A stretch of DNA of 64,000 bases from NCBI RefSeq assembly GCF_003991155.1, contig NZ_CP031293.1. One strand, given 5' to 3'. This DNA comes from Escherichia coli (GTDB taxonomy: Bacteria > Pseudomonadota > Gammaproteobacteria > Enterobacterales > Enterobacteriaceae). The stretch's first letter is position 1. Every line of letters begins with the position of its first letter. The notes under the pieces are model-generated. The model ran no database searches. It had not been told where the DNA came from and saw only the letters and a list, made by a program, of their open reading frames with translations. This document shows, in pieces, positions 54,634-64,000 of this stretch. The translations under genes and the position numbers were made by a program.

Positions 54634-56133
54634 TTACTGCTCCACCTTGCTTTCAACGTTATATCCAAGCTCTGCAAGGCTCTGGAATAATTTATTAGTT
54701 TGCTTTTTCAACTGAGTACGGCTTACTTTCCACGCTTCAATCGCATGTTCAATATTATGTACTTCAGCGTTGTTTTGTGCTTGCACATACAGTGGAATTG
54801 AAAGGTTATAAAGGTTTTCTTTAATAGCTTCAATATTCACTAAAGAGGTTATATCGTTTTTTTTCTCCGGATTAAAATAAGCCTCGCATAATACCTCCAA
54901 ATCCTCATCGGATAAGCGACTATGAGCGCGTTCACGGGTAACATGCTCAACCCCGTTGATAAATAACACTTTATTTTTGCGTTCGGCAGGTTTATTGCAA
55001 TTAAGCACCACCACACAAGATTCCATCGGCGAGTTATAAAACAGATTTGGTCCCAAACCAATCACCGCTTCAATAATGTCCGATTCAATCACCTGTTTAC
55101 GAATGGCCTGCTCAGAATCACGGAACAGCACACCGTGTGGCCAGAGCATAGCAGCACGACCGGTATCGGGTTTTAAACTTTTAATTATATGGGTATAAAA
55201 AGCATAATCAGCGCAGCCCTGCGGTGGGACACCATAAAGATTTCGACCATACGGATCAGCAGCAAACTTGTCACGATTCCATTTTTTAATGGAGTACGGT
55301 GGGTTGGCAAAAATCACATCAAACTGCTTGAGCCGATCGTTTTCAATAAACTTTGGCTCAGCCAAAGTATCACCACGCAGCACATCAAACTCTTCAATAT
55401 CGTGCAGGAACATATTCATACGGGCGATTGCGGATGTCAGCAGGTTCACTTCCTGACCATAAAGGTGCACAGAGCGCCACTCTTCCCCTCTAGCACGCAG
55501 ATCCATCACTGCATTTAGCAACATCCCACCTGTGCCACACGTTGGATCATAGGCGGTTTCACCCGGTTTTAAGCCCATAATGCGCGTCATTAAATGCACG
55601 ACTGTTCGGTTGGTGTAGAACTCTGCTGCCGTATGACCGGAATCATCAGCGAACTTTTTAATCAGGTATTCGTAGGCCTCACCAAGATCATCCTGAGCGA
55701 CAGATTTAATGCCTAGCGGAATTTGACTGAAATGTTCAATCAGATCAGCCAGCAGATGATCGGGCAGGCGCTCTTTATTGGTCCACTGCGCATCACCGAA
55801 GACGCCATGTAAACGCGGATTATTGGCTTCAATTAGTCGAAGCGCATTCTGGATCGCTTCACCAATGTTTTTACTGGTATTGCGTACCTTTTCCCAACTG
55901 GCTTCAGAGGGAATGTTGAAACGGTGAAACATCGGCATGGCGGCATATTCAGCATCACCTTCATGGAGTTCCAGCGCTTCGTTATATTCTTCCAGATAGA
56001 CATCTGACAGGCGTTTGTAAAACAGCAACGGGAAGATATACTGCTTGTAGTCTGATGCGTCAATTTGGCCACGAAGAAATTCGGCGGCTCCCCAGAGCAG
56101 CTCTTCCAGCTTTTTATTACTCATAGTACTCAT
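54634..56133 (-). CDS. hsdM: Type I R-M methyltransferase subunit, paralogue 2 (motif X variant FYTNR)
   Basis: 499 aa; HsdM_N (DASDYKQYIFPLLFYKRLSDVY), DPTCGTGG, ANPPYS; start overlaps the stop of the upstream hsdM paralogue (ATGA). Confidence 0.85.
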   Translation of the reverse strand: MSTMSNKKLEELLWGAAEFLRGQIDASDYKQYIFPLLFYKRLSDVYLEEYNEALELHEGDAEYAAMPMFHRFNIPSEASWEKVRNTSKNIGEAIQNALRLIEANNPRLHGVFGDAQWTNKERLPDHLLADLIEHFSQIPLGIKSVAQDDLGEAYEYLIKKFADDSGHTAAEFYTNRTVVHLMTRIMGLKPGETAYDPTCGTGGMLLNAVMDLRARGEEWRSVHLYGQEVNLLTSAIARMNMFLHDIEEFDVLRGDTLAEPKFIENDRLKQFDVIFANPPYSIKKWNRDKFAADPYGRNLYGVPPQGCADYAFYTHIIKSLKPDTGRAAMLWPHGVLFRDSEQAIRKQVIESDIIEAVIGLGPNLFYNSPMESCVVVLNCNKPAERKNKVLFINGVEHVTRERAHSRLSDEDLEVLCEAYFNPEKKNDITSLVNIEAIKENLYNLSIPLYVQAQNNAEVHNIEHAIEAWKVSRTQLKKQTNKLFQSLAELGYNVESKVEQ

Positions 56134-57629
56134 ACCTCGAAACCTTCTTTGATAAGCAGGGCCTCCAGCTCCTCTTCTGCTTTTTCCAGCTCAGCCAGCT
56201 TCCGTTGAAAATCTTTGAGCGCCTCTTCCACAGTGATGGTTTCTTCTTCGAGTGGCTTTTGCACATAACGAGCAATATTTAGATTGAAGTCATTTTCTTC
56301 AATCTCCTTCAGAGAAACCCAGCGTGCAACGCCTTCGATTTCTTTTGCATCTGGCCCTTGTTGCGCCTGGTCATGATAGATTTGGTATATTTCATCGGCC
56401 TGCTTGTTGGACAGCGTATTCTGCGCACGTCCCTTGGTATAGATTTCTTCAGCATTGATGATCAATACATGATCTTTATGCGCGGCCGGACGTGATTTAC
56501 GCAGCACCAAAATACACGCAGGAATCCCAGTCCCATAGAACAGGTTGGAAGCAACACCAATAATCGCCACAATGCGATTCTCTTGCAGTAATTTGGTTCG
56601 AATTGCCCCCTCTGCGCCGCCACGAAACAGCACACCATGAGGTAATACGACTGCCATACGTCCATTGTCGTTAAGTGAAGCAAACATATGCTGCACCCAG
56701 GCAAAATCACCATTTGTTTTAGGCGCCAGGCCATATTGCTTACGGCCATAGGGATCGTTCGACCACAGATCGTATCCCCATTCTTTTAAGCTAAATGGTG
56801 GGTTGGCAACAACGCAGTCAAAGGTTTCTAAACGATCGCTTTTTAAAAATTTAGGTTCGCGTAAAGTATCCCCTCGGACAATATCGAAATCTTCCTGTCC
56901 ATGCAGGAACAGATTCATACGCGCAATAGCTTCCGTCGTTAAGTTCTTTTCCTGACCCTTGATTTTTAGTAAACGCGGATCACCACCATTTTCTTTTACA
57001 TGGTGGATGGTCTCAAGCAGCATACCACCGGTACCACAGGCGGGATCGTAGACACTCTCACCGGCTTTTGGATCAAGAATGTTAACCATCAAACGAACGA
57101 TAGTTCGTGGGGTATAGAACTCACCGGCTTTCTTATTGGCTTTGTCTGCAAAGCGTTTGATCAGATACTCGTATGCGCGCCCCATATCATCGTCACGGAC
57201 ACTAGAAACGCCAAGGTTCACCTTATTGAAGTGATTGAGTAACGTAGCCAGTAACTCATCAGAAAGGCGTTCTTTATTGGTCCAGCTGGCATCGCCAAAA
57301 ATGCCATGCAGTTTAGGGTTTGCCAGTTCTATACCACGGAAGGACTCTTTTAAAGCCTGACCGATGTCCTTGGTCTCAGCGAAAACATCGCGCCAGTGGC
57401 AATTTTCAGGTATCTGAATACGGTGAAACATCTTGCCCTTGGCAAGCTCTGCATCCCCAATGCTCTCCATCGCATCGGCAAATTCTTCGTCATACACGTC
57501 ACAAATGCGCTTGAAGAACAGGATGGGGAAAATGTACGTTTTGTAATCTGACGCATCAATGGGCCCTGTAATAATATGGGCTGCATGCCATAGATGGGCC
57601 TCGAGATCTTTTAGGTTAATCAGTGTCAT
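56130..57629 (-). CDS. hsdM: Type I R-M methyltransferase subunit, paralogue 1
   Basis: 499 aa from ATG 57629 (MTLINLKDLEAHLW...); DASDYKTYIFPILFFKRICDVY, GEFYTPR, DPACGTGG, ANPPFS; ORF track extends to 57731. Confidence 0.85.
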   Translation of the reverse strand: MTLINLKDLEAHLWHAAHIITGPIDASDYKTYIFPILFFKRICDVYDEEFADAMESIGDAELAKGKMFHRIQIPENCHWRDVFAETKDIGQALKESFRGIELANPKLHGIFGDASWTNKERLSDELLATLLNHFNKVNLGVSSVRDDDMGRAYEYLIKRFADKANKKAGEFYTPRTIVRLMVNILDPKAGESVYDPACGTGGMLLETIHHVKENGGDPRLLKIKGQEKNLTTEAIARMNLFLHGQEDFDIVRGDTLREPKFLKSDRLETFDCVVANPPFSLKEWGYDLWSNDPYGRKQYGLAPKTNGDFAWVQHMFASLNDNGRMAVVLPHGVLFRGGAEGAIRTKLLQENRIVAIIGVASNLFYGTGIPACILVLRKSRPAAHKDHVLIINAEEIYTKGRAQNTLSNKQADEIYQIYHDQAQQGPDAKEIEGVARWVSLKEIEENDFNLNIARYVQKPLEEETITVEEALKDFQRKLAELEKAEEELEALLIKEGFEV

Positions 57630-57872
57630 TGTTGTCTCTTTTCGATCCTGCAGTGCTTGAACTCTCAGCAACTCATGGATTTCACAGTAAAAAAGCAAGT
57701 AAAGCGATTCCACAACCACCTGAGCGTTCAATATGTATGACGCCTTTACCCAAGTTGCTTAAATCAAGGAAATTGCCAGAGATAATACTCTGGCATCAGA
57801 ATGATACCAAGTTGAAGGGCTGATTTCCGCATCAATACCTTGTGGTAATAGGGGATTACTCTTTTACCCTTA

Positions 57873-58910
57873 TTGGCGCAAAATGGCGGCATTTCCTCAT
57901 TTCTCCATCGGAGCATCTTACGCGCTATAACCACTCTCGTTTTTTCCTATTCCCATGCAGATGAAGCACTACGCAATGAACTTGAGAAGCATCTCTCCCC
58001 GCTGAAGCGAACCGGGAAGATCACAACATGGCACGATCGCCGCATCGTTCCTGGTCAGGAGTTCGAACGTCAGATCGACCACTATTTTTCGCAAGCAGAT
58101 ATCATCCTGATCCTGATCAGCAGTGACTTTATTGCTTCTGATTACTGCTATCAGGTAGAGATGAAAAACGCACTGGAACGGCATAACCGGGGCGAGGCAG
58201 TGGTCATTCCGGTAATTTTAAGAGACTGTGCATGGCATCAGTTAGAATTCGGCAGCATTATGGCGGCGACTATCGACGGTAAACCCATCACTAAGTTTGC
58301 CACCCACGATGAAGGCTACGTTCAGGTCGTCGAGGCTGTCTCGCGTGCCATTGCCCGGATGGAAGCCAAAAAACCACAGCAAACCATACATATCCCTTCA
58401 CCGGCTCCGGCGAATCCGATCTTTCAGGGAGTAGATTCCGTTTTTACACCGCGTTCAAGCAACCTTACTCTACCCAAGAAATTTACCGATCTGGATAAAG
58501 ATCGTGCCAGACGTGAGGGCTTTGAATATGTTGCCCGCTATTTTGAAAATTCGTTAGATGAACTCAAAAAGCGCCACCCCGGATTAGATATCGATTTTAA
58601 TCGGCTTGATACAGATTCATTCACCTGTGCCGTGTATATCAATGGCAGTAAGGTCGGCCAATGTGGCATCTGGCGAGGCAATCAACATCATGGAATGGGA
58701 GATATCTGTTATAGCCAGGATAATGTTGTTCGAAACAGTATTAACGAAACTCTAAGCCTTGCTGATAACGGCCAGACTCTTGGTTTTCGTGCTCTGATGG
58801 GAGGCTTCAGTCGAGGAACTTCACGAGACGAACTATTGACCAATGAAGGTATGTCGGAACATCTCTGGGAAATGTTCTTCGGGCTAATCAAGCAAAGAAT
58901 GTCCCGATAA
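57873..58910 (+). CDS. TIR-domain protein with uncharacterised C-terminal domain
   Basis: 345 aa; N-terminal ~150 aa show bacterial TIR pattern (VFSYSHADEALRNELEKHL ... ADIILILISSDFIASDYCYQVEMKNALERH); remaining ~190 aa not recognised. Confidence 0.65.
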   Translation: MAQNGGISSFLHRSILRAITTLVFSYSHADEALRNELEKHLSPLKRTGKITTWHDRRIVPGQEFERQIDHYFSQADIILILISSDFIASDYCYQVEMKNALERHNRGEAVVIPVILRDCAWHQLEFGSIMAATIDGKPITKFATHDEGYVQVVEAVSRAIARMEAKKPQQTIHIPSPAPANPIFQGVDSVFTPRSSNLTLPKKFTDLDKDRARREGFEYVARYFENSLDELKKRHPGLDIDFNRLDTDSFTCAVYINGSKVGQCGIWRGNQHHGMGDICYSQDNVVRNSINETLSLADNGQTLGFRALMGGFSRGTSRDELLTNEGMSEHLWEMFFGLIKQRMSR

Positions 58911-59094
58911 TTTGCCATATCACAGTCGGGCATACTGCCCGATTTTTGTGCTGTCATTATTGGCAATATCTCAATAGGCGTTGAGAAATGGTGCAATTTA
59001 ATCTTGCCAGAGCGCTGTTACTTGGGGACGAAATTAATGGGCTCCTGCTGTAGTTACAGCAACGCCTGTAAATACAAAAATAGGCGTTGCAAAT

Positions 59095-60150
59095 TCATGC
59101 TGGCAAATACGTTTTCTTAAGCGGCACCAATAGCTTAGTCTCTATATCCACTTGCTCATAGTTTTCAACTAACGCGCGTACCAAATCATCCAGCGTCCAT
59201 AGCGTCAACGGGATTGTAGAACGATCGGCCTCATAACGCGCATCCTTGCTGAATCCGCCGGTACTGACATACAGCCCGCGATCGTCTTTATGGCGGCCAC
59301 CGATAAAGCTACGGATTTGCTGGCTGCTCATCTGTTCCCGCCGGTGCTTCACCTCAACAATAATGCGCGGATTTTCAAACCCAAATCCGTCAGGCGAAGC
59401 AATGATGTCTTTCCCACGGTCAGCACCCGCAGGCGATACCTGAGTTTTATATCCCATGCTGCGTAACACGCCAGCGACCAGATTCTGCATCTCATCCCAG
59501 TCGAGACGGTTGATACGATCCTTGATGCCTTCAAAAGCGATCATTTCCATGTCGCGCAGAGGATTAGAAACGACCTCATCCTCTTCACCTGAAACAGGTA
59601 CTTCCGGCACGATATCTGAGACAGGCTTATTGCCCTGCACTAATTCATTCACAGCAAAATCAGGCACCTGAAAAACTGTCAGCGTTGAACCAAGGGTGTT
59701 TCTAGTTGCATCACTCAGACTATCGCGCTTAATCTCTTCCGCATTCCACTTCACTTTACGGGCGATGCCCATGCCATCTTCAAGCCACTCGGCATGAAAC
59801 TCAAAATCTGACGCTATTTTCCCTATTAAATAGGTCCGATTAGAAGGTGAATAAGTGATAGCCCAGTCGCCTTTCTGCATTTCATTCACAAAGCGCCAGA
59901 CCTGAGAAGCTCCAGAACGAACTGTGCCTGGCTTAGTCTGTGGCTCAAGCTCCTGATACCGGGTAAACAACTGCTCTCTTGAGCATCCAGGTTTCACATA
60001 GGGAGCGAGCTGCGACCAACCAATTGCAACAACCTGTTTGTCTCTGAAGTCGTCGTACAATTTTCCGCCATCACCGCGGATCATCCACATCTTAGTCGCC
60101 ACAATAATTCCTTCTGAAAATACTTCATCGTTATACCGGGACGTGATCAT
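59095..60150 (-). CDS. Putative modification-dependent restriction endonuclease: PUA/EVE-like N-terminal domain fused to Mrr-type catalytic domain
   Basis: C-terminus has the Mrr core (GADRGKDIIAS ... IIVEVKHRRE ... YVSTGGFS); N-terminus has EVE-like pattern (VWRFVNEMQKGDWAITYS ... YLIGKIA); ATG 60150 has SD AAGGTGG (ORF track starts at 60183). Confidence 0.6.
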   Translation of the reverse strand: MITSRYNDEVFSEGIIVATKMWMIRGDGGKLYDDFRDKQVVAIGWSQLAPYVKPGCSREQLFTRYQELEPQTKPGTVRSGASQVWRFVNEMQKGDWAITYSPSNRTYLIGKIASDFEFHAEWLEDGMGIARKVKWNAEEIKRDSLSDATRNTLGSTLTVFQVPDFAVNELVQGNKPVSDIVPEVPVSGEEDEVVSNPLRDMEMIAFEGIKDRINRLDWDEMQNLVAGVLRSMGYKTQVSPAGADRGKDIIASPDGFGFENPRIIVEVKHRREQMSSQQIRSFIGGRHKDDRGLYVSTGGFSKDARYEADRSTIPLTLWTLDDLVRALVENYEQVDIETKLLVPLKKTYLPA

Positions 60151-60212
60151 TCCATTCAGCCACCTTATCCAGGGGAAAAACACCGATAAGATGGCTAATC
60201 AAAATGTCTGTT

Positions 60213-63200
60213 CTAAACCTGACGCCTATCAAGACTATTATAAATAGCCTCAATCTCACCTTTCAGGTTATCACCAGAGTAAACCATCGATGTATCGTAT
60301 CGTTCATATCGCGCTTCCCGTGTCGCACTAAACCAGTTGAACGATCCCACGCATAGCAAACCATCATCACCAATAACAATTTTGCTATGAACACGGTTTA
60401 CCAGCTTTGTAGCAATACCCAGCGCATTCAGTTTCTCCAGCGCCGCTTTAAGGTTCTGCTGCTTCTCTTTTCGCTTCTCAAAATCTTTATGTTCAGTGTT
60501 GTAGCTTCTGTCAGTGACTATCGTGACGTTAATACCACGTGAACACGCCGCAATCATGGAATCAAGAAAACCCGTTTGCTCCAGCTTTTGCCAGGTCAGC
60601 CATGGAGAAACTATCGTGATGTGTTTATCGGTATTTTCAAACGTCTGATTCAGGAAGTTATCATGCTGCTCCACACCATGAAGTGTGTAGATTTTGGTCT
60701 CGGAAGTTTTTAAATCCTTACGCTCTTTATAATCAAAAGAGAGCGCATTCTTCTCGAACTCAAAGAGATATTTTGCCAGCAATCCTCGCGGAGATGAGGG
60801 AGCCTGGATCTCAAACAGATCCATATCGCCGAAGACCAGGAAGCTATCCTTCGCACGGGAGACTGCAACATTCAGCATGCTGTTATCGCTATCAATAAAC
60901 CCGCCGTCTTCATGTTTTGAATAGACTGGCGAGAATATAACAATCGCTCTTTCCGCTCCCTGAAGAGAGTGCACGGTGCCCACTGTGAGCGACTTTTCAT
61001 TCGCGCCCGTACTGATACCTTGTTTACCCAGCGCCTGTTTTATAGTGGATACCTGCGCGCTAAAAGGCGTCACGATACCGACAACTTCATGAAGCGATTT
61101 GCCGTAATGCGCTTCAATATTTTGCTGGTTCTCTGCCAACCAGGCCGCTATCGTTTCAGCCTCAAGCAAATTATATCTACTTCCACTACTTGCCTGCTCT
61201 CCTTTACCATCAATATGGAGATAACCCATTGCGGGCATTAAATTGCTCTCTTCACGCCCTCTTTTAGGCAACAACTTACCGTGATAGCAGAGCGTATTAC
61301 AGTATCCAATAATATTATCGAAGCACCGGCGGTGTTCATATAGGTACATACCACGAGCCAGTTCGGGATCATATTGATAGCGCGAAGCAAACTGCGCTAT
61401 TTTCATAACGCTGCCAGATGCGGCACTTTTACCAAGGTCTGCGATTGCCGTATATTTCTCGGTAATCTCTTCTTGCGTACTGCCAGACAGAATTTTTTCC
61501 GCCAGCATGTTACCGACATCAATCGCGGGAGCAATACTCCATATTGGCGGGATCTGCTCCGTATCGCCAATCACTAATGCCTTCTTAGCTAATGCAAACG
61601 AGGCAGCAGCCACTTCAGGAAGCACCTGCCCGGCTTCATCGACAATGAGTAAATCGGCAAAATCATACAAATAACTTTTCTCGAATTTACGTTGTCCTTT
61701 GTGCTCACTTATCTGCATATTGCCGGGCAGCATATAGCATGTCATCACCACACATGGAGTGAGTTTCATTCGACGTTGCCAACGGGCGGTTACCCCTTTA
61801 GCGCCTTGTTTCTTCTTCTCTTCCTGCAGATCATCAATTCTGGCCATATCCATCAGCCAACGACCTTCCCAGTAGTGAGTCGTCAGTAAAAATGCAGGGA
61901 AGCGAATCTGCGTATCAGCCAGTTCATCGGCCTGTGAGAAGCTCAGTTCCTCGTCGCCCTCATACCCTAAATCAAATGCCAGCCTCTGCCACTCCTGAAC
62001 CGCCTGCTGTTCTTTAAGAACGATTTCATGGGCGGAGTCAATCTGCTGCCGGTATGTTGTTTGCTCGCGCTCAGCGGAATTGAGCAGCCCATCAATATTA
62101 CGTTCGATAGTTTCAGGATCAGACCACTGATTTCCTGCAATCAGCGCGCCTAATTTATCTTCGAGAAACAGCTGTATTTGGTACTGTCGCTTATTGCGAA
62201 CCGCCGGGAGCCAGGAAAATAATGAATAGATCAGTGATTCACCGGCGCGATATTTTTTCCATTCCGTTTTAGCACTCTTCAGTAGAGTGACTTTTTGTTC
62301 TTGTCCGGAAAGTAATTTATTTAAATTATCGAGATATTGCTCAATATCATTAGCAATAAGCTCACGCGCAGCCCGAATCTGGCTTAACATTTGCCATGTT
62401 GCGTTCAGTCTTATCAGTTGCTCGGATTTTGCTGCCAACTGACCATGCAGGAGTTCAATGATCTTTTCAGGGGATGAACACTCTTTTTCAGGAAAGGCTG
62501 CCTTAGCCTTCTCCAGATAAAACAGCAGTGCATCCTCTACATACTCTTTTGACTCAACCTGGGTGAAGAAATCTTCAGTTTGATATTTTTTGGCTGCCTC
62601 AGCTTTACGAGTGCTTGAGGGAAAATAAGCGCCGAAGCTTTTCAGCTCTGGCAACCATCGTCCGGCCATCGCACCTGAACCTTGCGAAAAGTCTTTCCCG
62701 AATGCCTCAATAATGTTCGTTACAGCCTGGTTATTCGTTGAAGTCGCGATAATAACCGGAGGCTCAGATTTTTCGAGAGCTGCTCTGGCCCACTGCGTGG
62801 CGATGATAGAAAGCACCAGCGTGGTTTTTCCGGTTCCCGGAGGTCCATTAACAGCAAGGATATCGCCATGTCTTGCATCCAGAAAATGGCTTAAGGCATC
62901 GCGCTGAGCCTTTGCCAGCGGAAACTTATCTCCGGAGTGTCCAAGCCTGTCGCTGAATTTTGCTCCTGGGGCCAGCAAAGACTCTGCAGCATGAACCTCT
63001 CGCGAGGCGAAGCGATTGAAGAGCGGCACATCCTTCTTGCAAACAAGCAGGTGATCATAAAGAGAAAGGATATGGAAACTGGCACCGCCAGATTGCGCCG
63101 TTTTAACAATATAACCGTGCTCAGCGAGTACATATTGCTCAGGATTTTTAATCCAGTCGCCGGCAACATTCTTCAGCAGCCTCTCTGAATCATCCAGATA

Positions 63201-63728
63201 TTGACGCCACTCCTGCTGCAAGGCTGCATATCGTGCTTCCCGTTCTTCATCCGTTTCGGCAGTCTTATCAATGCTGTCATCAAAGTTGATAGAGAACGAG
63301 GTATGGATTGTCTTGTATTTGTCATACTGCCCAATATCACCAATCGAAAATGCTCCTTTTGGCAAAGGTTCAAGCAGGTCTCTGGGAATGGAGGTCGCTG
63401 GCGTCGGATATAAAAAACCCTCACGGCTTAGCAAGGCTGGCGTCACTAGCGGGGTAACAATATCAGGTGCGCCTGCGGAACGGTCCTTACCATGCTGCAG
63501 TAACCGAAAATAAACTTTTGGGCGCAAGACGACATCGACCGTTTCGACATCGTCTTTTTCTCCCTCAAAAAATTTACTGACAATCGCTTCGTCAAGACGT
63601 CCCGCCGCTATCCCATGCCAGTGAGTGAAATTTTTGGCGTCTTTCCGTTCAAAACTGCCCTTTCCTGACTCAGCATCTGCAAGCGAGTTGCGCCAGTATG
63701 AGGCAAACCCTAAAGCATTTTCATCCAT
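60213..63728 (-). CDS. SF1 (Upf1/Dna2-like) helicase fused to C-terminal PLD-family nuclease; type II Mokosh-like
   Basis: 1171 aa; Walker [14 protein letters not shown], Walker [11 protein letters not shown], helicase C-terminal motifs ([17 protein letters not shown]), PLD HxK(x)4D motif [21 protein letters not shown]. Confidence 0.7.
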   Translation of the reverse strand: MDENALGFASYWRNSLADAESGKGSFERKDAKNFTHWHGIAAGRLDEAIVSKFFEGEKDDVETVDVVLRPKVYFRLLQHGKDRSAGAPDIVTPLVTPALLSREGFLYPTPATSIPRDLLEPLPKGAFSIGDIGQYDKYKTIHTSFSINFDDSIDKTAETDEEREARYAALQQEWRQYLDDSERLLKNVAGDWIKNPEQYVLAEHGYIVKTAQSGGASFHILSLYDHLLVCKKDVPLFNRFASREVHAAESLLAPGAKFSDRLGHSGDKFPLAKAQRDALSHFLDARHGDILAVNGPPGTGKTTLVLSIIATQWARAALEKSEPPVIIATSTNNQAVTNIIEAFGKDFSQGSGAMAGRWLPELKSFGAYFPSSTRKAEAAKKYQTEDFFTQVESKEYVEDALLFYLEKAKAAFPEKECSSPEKIIELLHGQLAAKSEQLIRLNATWQMLSQIRAARELIANDIEQYLDNLNKLLSGQEQKVTLLKSAKTEWKKYRAGESLIYSLFSWLPAVRNKRQYQIQLFLEDKLGALIAGNQWSDPETIERNIDGLLNSAEREQTTYRQQIDSAHEIVLKEQQAVQEWQRLAFDLGYEGDEELSFSQADELADTQIRFPAFLLTTHYWEGRWLMDMARIDDLQEEKKKQGAKGVTARWQRRMKLTPCVVMTCYMLPGNMQISEHKGQRKFEKSYLYDFADLLIVDEAGQVLPEVAAASFALAKKALVIGDTEQIPPIWSIAPAIDVGNMLAEKILSGSTQEEITEKYTAIADLGKSAASGSVMKIAQFASRYQYDPELARGMYLYEHRRCFDNIIGYCNTLCYHGKLLPKRGREESNLMPAMGYLHIDGKGEQASSGSRYNLLEAETIAAWLAENQQNIEAHYGKSLHEVVGIVTPFSAQVSTIKQALGKQGISTGANEKSLTVGTVHSLQGAERAIVIFSPVYSKHEDGGFIDSDNSMLNVAVSRAKDSFLVFGDMDLFEIQAPSSPRGLLAKYLFEFEKNALSFDYKERKDLKTSETKIYTLHGVEQHDNFLNQTFENTDKHITIVSPWLTWQKLEQTGFLDSMIAACSRGINVTIVTDRSYNTEHKDFEKRKEKQQNLKAALEKLNALGIATKLVNRVHSKIVIGDDGLLCVGSFNWFSATREARYERYDTSMVYSGDNLKGEIEAIYNSLDRRQV

Positions 63729-64000
63729 TACCAGTCCTATGACTCAATGAAATCCATTGATTTATCGAATATAAAATCACCGTATGGATAACTATTGTCC
63801 ACGTTGAAAGGCTGGCTGCAATGTTTTGTTCACGCTTCGATACAAATACTCAGGTTATACGGAGTTCAGAAAACGACCATATCATGTTGCATGGCACATA
63901 AAAGCTTTATAACCGAAGCAGCAAAGGATTACCGGCTGCGCAGCACGCCCCGAAAGCCCGTGAGCCCTGCTGGACAGCGTTCAGTGCAATATTGGAGCCT

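Noticed and set aside
57873-58910. Thoeris system assignment for the TIR gene
   Set aside because: No ThsA-like SIR2/SLOG or Macro-domain gene within the window; the TIR gene is flanked by hsdM and an Mrr-like gene instead.

Overview
This window reads as an Escherichia coli-type chromosomal segment, equivalent to the K-12 btsT-yjiA / immigration-control / yji / uxu-gntP / fim / nanCMS region but in the opposite orientation. All calls rest on reading the supplied ORF translations and the sequence by eye; no database search or computation was run, so family names are motif-level recognitions, comparisons with K-12 gene order are from memory, and motif coordinates may be off by 1-2 bp. Core content left to right: a small D-amino-acid catabolic trio (RidA, N-acyl-D-amino-acid deacylase, DSD1-like PLP enzyme), btsT-yjiX-yjiA, a remodelled immigration control region (brnTA-like toxin-antitoxin, an Mrr-family nuclease, a deletion scar joining the 5' end of an hsdM to the 3' end of an hsdR, symE, yjiS), then yjiR, rpnD, mdtM, yjiN-M-L-K-J, kptA, yjiH-G, iadA, hypT, iraD, yjiC, uxuRBA, gntP, the complete fim operon with the fimS switch apparently in the OFF orientation, and nanCMS. 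The accessory highlight is a roughly 17 kb defence island from about 46.6 kb to the window end. It carries (i) a very AT-rich, translationally coupled gene pair encoding an OLD/PARIS-like ABC ATPase with a Toprim-like C-terminus plus an HsdM-like N6-adenine methyltransferase fused to a single HsdS-type target-recognition domain, which is my best candidate for an undescribed restriction-modification-like system; (ii) a type I R-M operon with two tandem, divergent hsdM paralogues (hsdM1-hsdM2-hsdS-hsdR); (iii) a TIR-domain protein with an unrecognised C-terminal domain; (iv) a PUA/EVE-like-Mrr fusion nuclease; and (v) an 1171-aa SF1 helicase-PLD nuclease fusion resembling type II Mokosh. No rRNA, tRNA, CRISPR array, integrase or transposase was recognised.
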